Of a DNA stretch of 64,000 nucleotides, positions 12,324 to 24,519 are shown one piece after another. Each line of letters begins with the position of its first letter. Position 1 is the first letter of the stretch. Location of the stretch: assembly GCF_963921235.1 (NCBI RefSeq), contig NC_086100.1:198650001-198714000 (forward strand), given 5' to 3'. The notes beneath the pieces were generated by a model that worked only from the letters and a program-made list of their open reading frames with translations, was not told where the DNA came from and did no database searches. A program made the translations under genes and the position numbers. This DNA is from Mobula hypostoma. Taxonomy: Eukaryota.

Positions 12324-13210
12324 TCACCCTCCACACACTCCCTCTTCATCCTGAGTGCCTCACCTCTGCCTCCCCCCCAACCCCTCATTTCCACATTCCC
12401 CGTCATCAGTTCACTTACTTCTACCTCACCATTCACCTCATCACTCCTACCTCCATCATTCCTTTGTCCTTGCTTAATATTCCCACATCGTCACCCATTC
12501 CCCCAGTGTCCTGGTAAAATCTCCTCCACGTCCACTCTATCTAAGCCTTTTGGTATCCAGTAGGTTTCAATGAGATCCCCCACCCCATCCTTCCGAACTC
12601 CAGCGAGTACAAACCCTCTTGTCCCTGAACCCTGCACATCATTATACCCCTTCCTTGACGCCTAAATAAGCCGACTGCCTCCACCCTACTAGAGGACAGC
12701 TTACAGGACACACAGGCTTGTCTTCAGAGCCAGGCTGTACAGAACAGCAGTGGAGATTTACCAGAATGGTGCCTGGCTGAATGAGCCAGGGCTTTCCTCT
12801 TTGCAGTGAAGGAGAGTGGGAGGTGACTTGATAGCAATGTGCAAAATAATAAGAGGCATGGATCGAGTGGATAAGCAGAGACTACTCCCCCCACCCAAGG
12901 CAGAAATGGCAAATATAAGGAGGTATAATTTTAAGCTGATTGGAAGAAAGTATGTGGGGGGGGGAATGTCAAAGGTAGTTTTTTATAAACTCAGAGAGTG
13001 GCAATGGCATGAAACACACTGCTGGGGGTGGTGAGAGAGGCAAATACATTAGGGACATCTAAGAGACTCTTAGATGGGCAATGGATGATAGAAAAATGGA
13101 CGCACAGTGAGAGGGAAGGGTTAGATTGATCTTGAAGTGGCTTAAAAGGTTGGCACTACATCGTGGGCCGAAGAGGCTGTACTGTGCAGAACCAGAGCAG
13201 AATTCTTTAC

Positions 13211-13278
13211 CTCAGCGAAGGGATAGTATTCTTCTGCAAAGTGTTGAAAGGCCAGGTAATGATTATAGACCACCAGCA
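13211..13278 (-). CDS. TEX261: TEX261 coding exon 4: (V)LVVYNHYLAFQHFAEEYYPFAE
   Basis: Acceptor CTTCCTCATAG, donor GAG|GTAAAG, 68 nt. Confidence 0.97.
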
Positions 13279-13483
13279 CTATGAGGAAGCAAGAAAGATA
13301 AACAGTTAAACTGCTGCTGACCACAGTTAGATTAAACAGTATTGCTCCAACAACACCAATACCAACCGAAGCAGTAGTTCAGCCCCTCGAACACCAGGGA
13401 AACAGGCCCTTCAGCCCAACTTGTCCATGCTGACCAAGCTATCCACTTGAGTTTGTCCACATTTGCTTTGTATCCCTCTAAGC

Positions 13484-13565
13484 CAGGGGTTCCCAACCGG
13501 GGTCCACAGACCCCCTTGCTTAATGGTATTGGTCCATGATATAAAAGGTTGGTCAGGGACTCCTA
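13484..13565. mobile_element. About 80-bp hAT/Charlie-type MITE; further copies at about 16388-16466, 20860-20925, 38615-38695
   Basis: TIRs CAGGGGTTCCCAACC...GGTTGGGAACCCCTG (best seen at 16388 and 38615). The 13484 copy is flanked by CTCTAAGC/CTCTAAAC, consistent with an 8-bp TSD. Confidence 0.7.
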
Positions 13566-15557
13566 CTCTAAACCTTTCCCATCGATCTACCCATAGGCCT
13601 GTTAAGCCCCATCACCTCTATTGATGCACTGGCCGCCGACAGTAGCTCGCCAGAATCCTGTGTCCTGGATCAGTGACATTGTCTCCGGGTGTAGCCCATC
13701 TTCTTGGTGTATCCTTCCTCTCCCAGGGGTGAGGGCTTTGCATCTTCTGTTGCTGTTTTTGTAGCTCTGGGTTTTTAAACCGGATGGGATCGCTAACCCC
13801 ATGCCTAACCCTCCTCCTTTTGCAGTTGGGCTTGGGACCGTCCAGGGCGGAGTGATCTACCTCTCTAAATGTCTTTTAAACACAACTGTACCCACTTCTA
13901 TCAATTCCTCTGGCACCTCATTCCATACACCACCAGACTCTGTGTAAACAAGGTGTCCCTCCAATCCTTTTCAAATCATTCCCCCTTCACATTAAACCTA
14001 CATCTCTAGTTTATTATCACTGAGATTACAATACGATCTCCGGTGATCTGATTGTAACCTCAGTTTTACATCTTCACCCCTCACTAGTAACTCTCCATTC
14101 CCCTTACTTTTAACTATCAATCACCCTCAGCCTTAACACCCAGGATATGTTCTTTTCTCACTGCTGCCATCAGGAAGGTGGTACACAAACGTCTGGACTA
14201 ACATCACCAGGTTCAGGAGCAGTCATTACCCCTCAACCATGAGACTCTTGAACCAGAGTGGATAACTTCACTCACTCTATCATTGAGATGTTCCCACAAC
14301 CTACGGACTCACTTTCAGGGACTCTCCATCTTACGTTCTTGATAGTTGTTGCTTATTTATTTATTATTATCATTTCTTTTTTTTTGTATTTGCACAGTTT
14401 GTCTTTTGCAGACTGGTTGAACTCCCAAGTTGGTGCAGCCTTTATTTGATTATATTATAGTTATAATTGTATTATGGATTTATTGAAATAAAATGAATCC
14501 CAGAGTTGTATATGGTGATGTATATGTACTTATAATAAATTTACTTTGAACTAGGAACTTCTAGTGGTCAAGATGGTGCCAGCCAACAATTCCACGGGTG
14601 ACATCTCCCAGATAGCAAAACTTTCCAATTATTTCACTTTTTCTATGCATTCTGCTTGTTCTTTTTGTCTTATTTGTGTTCGAGAAACTGTTAGCACCTG
14701 TGAATCTTAATGGAAGGATCCAGTGCTGTGCTGTGTCCAGAGAGCTGCCTCGTGGAGATCAGAGATGGGGTGCCGAGAAGGTCCAAGAACACAAGCTGAC
14801 TCGTGAAAAGGGCCCGAAATGAGGTGTGGGGTCATGTGTGACTCCATCGTGAAGCGACGAGGAAGACTGAAACATTGAGGGGAATGCAGAGGGGGGTCAA
14901 CGATAGCTTGGCCGGCAGCCAGATCAGCACGTTTGGTCCCAGGTCAGAGTTCAGACCCAGTTTGGCCCCGGGAGGGCGACATTATGAACAGGGTCAGTTG
15001 TCACTTTAGAGAAAGTTAGCAGTTTGTGCAGCTGGTCTCCTCGTATGCAGCGAAAAGATGTTTCCCATATTCTGAGATTTACGTGATTATTGGACTGTAC
15101 AGTGGTGGTCAGTTGGCGGGTGGATGACCTGTTAATCTTTTTGGGTTGGGGTGTTGGGGATTTGGTGCTACTGTCACTGTCCCTTTCTGCGAGTGAGGGG
15201 GTAGGAGATAGTTATGTGTAGAGGATTATTGATTGCTTTTGTGGCTGTTATCTGCTGTGGGCAGGGGGGTGATTTTTGGGATCTGCAGGTTTTGTTTCTT
15301 TTCTTTTTCATGGCAGATTTGGTGGGGTGGGGGGAGTTGATGTCTTTTCTTTCGTCAGCACCTACAGTCTTTCTGTATTTAATGGTTATCTGGAGTAGAC
15401 AAACATCAAAGTTGCATTATCATGCACACTTTGACAATGAAATGAACCTTCGAACAATATTCAATCCTTTGCACCAAACAGCACTGAGGTCAATGTTCAA
15501 TCTTCGTGAATGAATAAGCAATGAGAAGGCAGCCATCCACCAATCAGTGCGGGGTTA

Positions 15558-15947
<390 letters not shown>

Positions 15948-16679
15948 TTACAGTGCTCGTGATCCTGCTTCAGTTCCCACTGCTGTCTGCGAGACGTTTG
16001 TACTTTCTCCCTGTAGCCCAGTGGCTTTCCTCTGGGTGTTCCAATTTCCTCCCACGTTACAAAGATGTATGCGTTATGGTTAGTAAGTTGTGGCATGTTG
16101 TGTTGGAGTCAGAATCATGACACCTGTGGGCTGCCCCCAGCACAATCGATGCATTTCACGGTACGTTACAAATGAAGCTAATATTTAATCTTTACTGCAC
16201 AAGCCTTCACACCAGGCCTACTTGCCACCCTCATGGTTAAAGTACCTACAGTAAATGTGACCACATTACCTCACTTGCCCATTCCTCCATACAGATTTGT
16301 GCACCACAAAAATAGCCTCTACGGCCCAACTTGTCCATGCCGACCAAGATGTCCACTACTGTTAGTCCCAGTTGCCCCACATCTCTCCAGGGGTCCCCAT
16401 CCTGGGATCTAGAGACCCCTTGCTTAATGGTATTGGTCTATGACATAAAAAAGTTGGGAACCCCTGTCCGAAACCCACTTATTGATCTACGTCTAAATTA
16501 TTTTAAACATAATGACACCTCATTCCATACACCACCAACCTCTGTGCTCCATGTTAATGGACTCTGGTGGGGATGGACTGGGCTGTAGCAACCAATTTCT
16601 GTAGACTTTTCTGTTTCTGGGCACTGGTGTTTCCATGCCAGGCCCTGATGCAACCAGTTAGGATACTCTCCATTGTGCA

Positions 16680-17005
16680 TCTACGGTTGCCTATCGAAGT
16701 TCACCCTCACCCTCCTTTGCTCCAGGGAAAAATTCCTCAGACTATCCAGTCTCTCCTTGTAACTCAAGCCCTCAAGTCCTGTTAACATTCTGGTGAATCT
16801 CTTCTGCACCCTCTCCAGCTTAATAACTTCCTTCCTACATCTAGGCAACCAGAACTGCACACAGTACTCCAAGTGTGGACTCACTGACAAACTATAATGC
16901 CGTAACATAGAGCCCTAACTCCTGTACTCATTGAGGCGCTGACTGATGAAGGCAGGCTTACCAACACCTTCTTCACCACCTGTCTATCTGGTTTCCCACT
17001 TTCAA
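16680..17005 (-). mobile_element. CR1 ORF2 3' fragment
   Basis: ORF 16681-16908: SPHLEYCVQFWLP...LERVQKRFTRML. Confidence 0.8.
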
Positions 17006-19369
17006 CGGTTCTCTTAAAAATAAAGATTAATTTGTCACTAGTTCATGATCTACCTGTGCCAACTTAAGGAAAAGAGCTAGCAACACACAAATTGCTGAAA
17101 GAGTTCAGCATGTCAGGGCTCACCTGTGGAGGGGTCTGAGCCATTGATATTTTGGGCCAAGACCCTTCAGAACAGTGCTTTTTCCCCAACCCTCTCCCAC
17201 CCAACTTTCCCCTCACCTTGTCTCACCTATCACCTGCTAGCTTGTACTATTCCCCCACCATTTTATTGTGGCATCTGCCCTCCCAGTCCTGTTGAAAGTT
17301 CTTGGCCCGAGACGTTGGATGAGAATGAACAGGGGTGTGTGTCTGTCTATACGTCCATGACCTACTCCAGCCGTGGCAGTGTGGCAGTCAGCACAACGCT
17401 ATTACAGTTGAAGTTGAGTTCAATTCCAACACTGTCTGTGAGAAGTATGAACGTTATTCCTGTCAGCACGTAGGTTTTCTCCGGGTGCACCAGTTTCCTC
17501 CCACAGCGCAAAGACCAAAGTACTGGTTAGGCTAATAGGTCATTGTAAATGTCCCGTGATTAGGCCAGGGTTCAATTGGTGGATTGCTGGGCAGTGTGAC
17601 CTATTGGGCCGGAAGAGCTCGCTCTGCGCTGTATCTCTAATAAATAAAATAAAAGTGTGCACTGAAGCAGTGAAATGGTGTCATTTTGCATCAACATTCA
17701 ACACAATTCAAGGATAAGCTGGGTAAGCCTACAAGCTTCTCCACGCTTCCAGCATTAACATAGCTTGCCCACAGTTTACTAACCTTTACTAATCCGTACA
17801 TCTTGGAAATGTGGACGAAACCAGAGCACCCAGAGGAAACCCATGCAATCATGGGGAGAAGGTACAAACTCCTTACAGACAGCAGTGGGAATTGAACCAG
17901 GATTGGGATTACCGGCGCATAAAGCTTTACACTAACAACTAGACAACAAGCCATTCCCTCGAGTTCTCAGTCGGACCCATTAGCCACCAACAGGCACTTT
18001 ACAACTTCATTTGCAGATTCAATGGAAATTTCTTCATATCCACTCTGACAAAACCTCTCAGTCATTGCTGCTTTGTAAGAGGTGCAACCTTAAGAACCCT
18101 CCAAAGAGTTACAACGTCACTCCTCTAGTTCCAGCCCCTTTCGGCAGCTCAGAATGATGCCCAGGTGCCTCAGTGCATCTGACACAGTCAGCAACGAGAA
18201 CCCTGCCGAGCACAAAGAAACCTCTTCAAAATGTCATGCCTCCGGGCGACGGCATCCATCACTAAGGACCCCATTATCCAGGACATACCCTCAGAGAGAA
18301 GGTACAGGAGCCTGAAAACCCCACTCTCAATGATTTAGGAAGGGCTTCTTCCCCTCCACCACAAAACTTCTGTAAGAGTTTGCCATTTTCCAACCCTTCA
18401 TGACGAAGGAGTGTGCAACTATCATCGTCAATGCCCGAGCAATCTCTTCCCTCGTATCCCATAGAAACCCAGAATACATCTTGTCTGGCCCTTGTGACTT
18501 ATCTATCCTAATAATCGTTGGGTATACTTAAAGCGCAGGATGATAGGATTTTGATTAGTAAGGACATCAAAGGTTGTGGGGAGAATGCAGGAATATGGAG
18601 TTGAGAGGGAAAATAAATCAGCCACGATGGAATGGCAGAACAGACTTGATGGGCCGAATGGCCCAATTCTGCACTTTATGATTTTCATAAGCTCCAACTC
18701 TTTCTTAATCTCAACATGTTCCACTACATTAGCCTGCTCTCGTTTGACCTCATGCAAAGTATTCATAAAGGACATCTCCAAACCCCTCTGACTCCAGGCA
18801 CGTTTTCCCCTTCACCCCAGAGCAGTGCAAGTCATTCCTATCAGCCTACCCAGCATCAAGGACATATATACAGAAAGATGCTGGAAAAAGGTCAAGAATA
18901 TCATGAAGGATCCCACCCACCCTGCTCATGGACTGTTTGTCCCACTCCCATCAGGGATGCCGCAGAACCCCCTCCTCGCCAGGACCACCAGACTCAAAAA
19001 TGGTTATTTTCCCCAAGCAACAAGGCTGATCAACACCTTCTACTAGTAACTCACCCCTCTACACCCCCACCACTACTTTATCACTATCTGTCAGAGACAT
19101 CTTTTGTACAGATACTCCTGTGCCAAGAGACACTTTACATACATACGATCAATCTGTGTATTTATATTTATTATGCCTTTTATCAATTGTGTTCTTTATG
19201 CTTATTGGGTTTATTTTAGTGCTGCATCGGATCTGGAGTAACAATCATTTTGTTTTCCTTTACACTTGTGTATAATAAACCATCTTTCCGAGGACTCCCT
19301 CCCCACTATTTGTGACAATTATCAGGAGTATTGCAGACAAAAATTGTTGAGGATCCCTACCACCTATCC

Positions 19370-20122
19370 CAAGGGTCCCCTACCTTTTTTTAGCACCGCG
19401 GACCGGTTTAATATTGACAATATTCTTGCAGACCGGCCGAATGGTGGGGGGTGGGGGGGGGTGTTCAAGTAGGGTTAAACTCACCTCAACATGTCTTTTA
19501 CAGTTAGAGTTGCCAACTTTCTCACTCCCAAATAAGGGACAAAAGTAGCAGTCAAATCCCCGGGACACTTTACCCCAGGAAAGACTACCATGAACATGAA
19601 GCCTTGCGCGGGCACCTGTTTGCGCATGCGCGTACGTGCCAATTTTTTCCCCCCCACAAATCGATTTTGCCTTCATCTTCCTGACTATACTGTGCATACA
19701 TTATTTCTACTTTATATAGGCTGTGTATTTATTATATTATCCCTGCTTTTACTATATGTTAGTGTTATTTATTTTCAGTTTTATGTGTTATTTCCTGTAA
19801 AATTTCCTGTTGTTAGGTTATTTTTTGGGTCTGGGAACACTCAAAAAATTTTCCCATATAAATTAATGGTAATTGTTTCTTCGTTTCACGCCATTTTGGC
19901 ACAAAAGGTTTCATAGGAACGCTCTACCTTAGCGGGGGAAATACAGGACAAACCAATTTAGCCCAAATATACGGGATGTCCCGGCAAATATAGGACAGTT
20001 GGCAACCCTATGTTCAAGTTCAACAGTGTGTGACAGGGAATGAGGAAAGGTGCAGCTGACTCATATCGTTTCCTCACGGCCCGGTAGCACGTGCTTTGCG
20101 GCCCAGTAGTTGGGGACAACTG
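19370..20122 (+). mobile_element. Non-autonomous hAT element containing a second nested hAT-type element (19470-20010)
   Basis: Outer TIRs CAAGGGTCCCCTACC / GTTGGGGACAACTG with a perfect 8-bp TSD ACCTATCC (19362-19369, 20123-20130). The inner element TAGGGTT...GGCAACCCTA has an 8-bp TSD TGTTCAAG (19462-19469, 20011-20018). It is inserted in a Rex1-type 3' fragment. Confidence 0.85.
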
Positions 20123-20551
20123 ACCTATCCCACAACCTCTTTGATCCACTACCCTCAGGAAGGAGGTACAGCAGCATCAGGACTAGGACTACCAGAACAG
20201 CTCCTGAGACTAATGAATACCCTGCCACCACCAAGGTCTTGTCACCAGGACAGAGAGCTGTTTACCTGTGCTGCATATTACGTGTAATTTTGAATTATAT
20301 TTTATTAATTTCTTTATGATAATAATTTGTTTTGTGCTGTGTATGATATATGTTTTGTGCAGATACACCATGGTCTGGAGGAACATTATTTTGTTTGGTT
20401 GTACAGTTAGATGACAACAAACAAACAAATCTTAAAACCTTGAAGTCCTTGGCTTGATTTTGGTTTTACTGACAACTCCACAGTTATTTTAACTGGGTAA
20501 TGATCCTGATTTTTATCTGCATTCTCAAATGGCCACTGTGCAGAATGATCA

Positions 20552-20728
<177 letters not shown>

Positions 20729-21178
20729 CTAGAAGGTCAAAGTAATAGAATCACAGCACTTATAGCAGGGAGACAGGCTCTTCAGTCAACTCATCCATGT
20801 GAACCAAGGTGCGCTGAGTTAGCTTCACATGCCTGTATTTGGTCCATACCGCTCTAAGCCAGGGGTTCCCAACTTGACTCCCTGCTTAATGATATTGGTC
20901 CATGGCATTAAAAAGGTTGGGAAACTTTCCTTTCCAGGGCATGCAACTCCACTATGGATTCTCTGATGGGGGGGCGGGGGTTGGACATGGGGCTAGCAAC
21001 CCTATCCCGTAAAAACACAAAGCTACAGAAACTCCAAAGACCTCATCCATGGGAGATGAAAGATCTTCAGCTAGAAGATGTATGAATTTGTGTGATGAAA
21101 GCCACAAGTCCGTGGGAGCCACATGGTCGAGCATCCTTCTATCATCCTGGTAATGACTGGCCCAGAACAAAGCACTGC

Positions 21179-21204
21179 ATATATATATATATATATATAT
21201 ATAT
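21179..21204. repeat. (AT)n microsatellite
   Basis: About 13 AT units, read directly. Confidence 0.9.
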
Positions 21205-21409
21205 GAAAACTCCTTATTGTAATTTAGCTTTTTAATGTATTGCAATGTACTGCTGTCACAAAACAACATTTCACAACATATGTCAGTGATATCACACCGG
21301 ATTCTGATTTATCTTTCTGCGTCTTTTAAATGTTGCAATTGTTAAATTAGTTTATTATTGACACAAATACAGTGCAAGTAATCTTGCATACCACCCTGAC
21401 AGACCATTT

Positions 21410-23935
21410 CATAGAAACATAGAAACATAGAAAATAGGTGCAGGAGTAGGCCATTCGGCCCTTCGAGCCTGCACCGCCATTTATTATGATCATGGCTGAT
21501 CATCCAACTCAGAACCCCGCCCCAGCCTTCCCTCCATACCCCCTGATCCCCGTAGCCACAAGGGCCATATCTAACTCCCTCTTAAATATAGCCAATGAAC
21601 TGGCCTCAACTGTTTCCTGTGGCAGAGAATTCCACAGATTCACCACTCTCTGTATGAAGTAGTTTTTCCTAATCTCGGTCTAAAAGGCTTCCCCTTTATC
21701 CTCAAACTGTGACCCCTTGTTCTGGACTTCCCCAACATCGGGAACAATCTTCCTGCATCTAGCCTGTCCAATCCCTTTAGGATCTTATATGTTTCAATCA
21801 GATCCCCCCTCAATCTTCTAAATTCGAACGAGTACAAGCCCAGTTCATCCAGTCTTTCTTCATATGAAAGTCCTGCCATCCCAGGAATCAATCTGGTGAA
21901 CCTTCTTTGTACTCCCTCTATGGCAAGGATGTCTTTCCTCAGATTAGGGGACCAAAACTGCACACAATACTCCAGGTGTGGTCTCACCAACGCCTTGTAC
22001 AACTGCAGTAGTACCTCCCTGCTCCTGTACTCGAATCCTCTTGCTATGAATGCCAGCATACCATTCGTCTTTTTCACCGCCTGCTGTACCTGCATGCCCA
22101 CTTTCAATGACTGGTGTATAATGACATCCAGGTCTCGTTGCACCTCCCCTTTTCCTAATCGGTTACCATTCAGATAATAATCTGTTTTCCTATTTTTGCC
22201 ACCAAAGTGAATAACTTCACATTTATCCACATTAAATTGCATCTGCCATGAATTTGCCCACTCATCCAACCTATCCAAGTCACTCTGCATTCTCTTAGCA
22301 TCCTCCTCACAGCTAACACTGCCACCCAGCTTCGTGTCATCCGCAAACTTGGAGATGCTGCATTTAATTCCCTCATCCCAGTCATTAATATATATTGTAA
22401 ACAACTGGGGTCCCAGCACTGAGCCTTGCGGTGCCCCACTAGTCACCGCCTGCCATTCTGAAAAGGTCCCGTTTATTCCCACTCTTTGCTTCCTGTCTGC
22501 TAATCAATTCTCCATCCACATCAATACCTTACCCCCAATACCGTGTGCTTTAAGTTTGCACACTAATCTCCTGTGTGGGACCTTGTCAAAAGCCTTTTGA
22601 AAATCCAAATATACCACATCCACTGGTTCTCCCCTATCCACTCTACTGGTTACATCCTCAAAAAATTCTATGAGATTTGTCAGACATGATTTTCCTTTCA
22701 CAAATCCATGCTGACTTTGTCTGATGATTTCACCGTTTTCCAAATGTGCTGTTATCACATCTTTGATAACTGACTCCAGCAGTTTCCCCACCACCGACGT
22801 TAGGCTAACCAGTCTATAATTCCCCGGTTTCTCTCTCCCTCCTTTTTTAAAAAGTGGGGTTACATTAGCCACCCTCCAATCCTCAGGAACTAGTCCAGAA
22901 TCTAACGAGTTTTGAAAAATTATCACTAATGCATCCACTATTTCTTGGGCTACTTCCTTAAGCACTCTAGGATGCAGACCATCTGGCCCTGGGGATTTAT
23001 CTGCCTTCAATCCCTTCAATTTACCTAACACCACTTCCCTACTAACAAGTATTTCGCTCAGTTCCTCCATCTCACTGGACCCTCTGTCCCCTACTATTTC
23101 TGGAAGATTATTTATGTCCTCCTTAGTGAAGACAGAACCAAAGTAATTATTCAATTGGTCTGCCATGTCCTTGCTCCCCATAATCAATTCACCCGTTTCT
23201 GTATGTAGGGGACCTACATTTGTCTTTACCAGTCTTTTCCTTTTTACATATCTATAAAAGCTTTTACAGTCAGTTTTTATGTTCCCTGCCAGTTTTCTCT
23301 CATAATCTTTTTTCCCCTTCCTAATTAAGCCCTTTGTCCTCCTCTGCTGAACTCTGAATTTCTCCCAGTCCTCAGGTGAGCCACTTTCTCTGGCTAATTT
23401 GTATGCTTCTTCTTTGGAATTGATACTATCCCTAATTTCTCTTGTCAGCCACGGGTGCACTACCTTCCTTGATTTATTCTTTTGCCAAACTGGGATGAAC
23501 AATTGTTGTAGTTCATCCATGCAACCTTTAAATGCTTGCCATTGCATATCCACCGTCAATCCTTTAAGTGTCATTTGCCAGTCTATCTTAGCTAATTCAC
23601 GTCTCATACCTTCAAAGTTACCCCTCTTTAAGTTCAGAACCTTTGTTTCTGAATTAACTATGTCACTCTCCATCTTAATGAAGAAATCCACCATATTATG
23701 GTCACTCTTACCCAAGGGGCCTCTCACGACAAGATTGCTAATTAACCCTTCCTCATTGCTCAAAACCCAGTCCAGAATAGCCTGCTCTCTGGTTGGTTCC
23801 TCGACATGTTGGTTCAAAAAACCATCCCGCATACATTCCAAGAAATCCTCTTCCTCAGCACCTTTACCAATTTGGTTCACCCAATCTACATGTAGATTGA
23901 AGTCACCCATTATAACTGCTGTTCCTTTATTGCAC
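21410..23935 (-). mobile_element. Young 5'-truncated CR1 LINE with nearly intact ORF2 (partial APE and RT)
   Basis: ORFs 22504-23937 and 21640-22482 are in the same frame, separated by one TGA (22506-22504, expected TGG). Motifs: MGDFN, YLDFQKAFDKVPH, PQGSVLGP, KFADDTKL. There is a frameshift near 21680 and a 3' tail (TTTCTATG)n at 21410-21435. Confidence 0.95.
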
Positions 23936-23944
23936 ACACCACGT

Positions 23945-24300
23945 CCACAGATTCCCCCAAAGCTGATAGGGTGGTTAAGAAGGGGTATTGAGTGTTAGTC
24001 TTCAGTAGCTGGGGGATTGTGTTTAAGAGCCGCGAGGTAATGTTGCAGCTCTATAAAACTCTGGTTAGACCACACTTGGAGTACTGTGCTCCGTTCTGGT
24101 CGCCTCATTATAGGAAGCATGTGACAGCTTCAAAGAGGACGCAGAAGAGACTTACCAGGATGTTGCTTGGATTAGAGAACATGTCTTATGAGGAGAGGTC
24201 AAGCGAAGAAGGGCTTGTATCTTTGGAGCAAAGAATCAGCCATGAAAAATGGCAGAGCAGACTCAATGGGCTGAATACTAATTCTGGTCCTAGCTCTTGT
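23945..24300 (+). mobile_element. CR1 ORF2 3' fragment
   Basis: ORF 23992-24345: KSREVMLQLYKTLVRPHLEYCAPFWSPHYRK. Confidence 0.8.
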
Positions 24301-24519
24301 CGTAATGTAGTACAAGGGAAAACAAAACAGAATGCAGAAATATAACGCAACAGTTTACAAAGAAATTGCAGTGTAGACAGACAATAAAGTCCAAGGTCAT
24401 AACAAGGTAGATTGTAGACAGACAGCAGCTTCTAACCAGTCACCATACTCCTACGAATTATACTGCTTCTGCCACTTCCTCTGGCAGCTCATTCCATATC
24501 TCAAAGGCAGTGCTTGACC

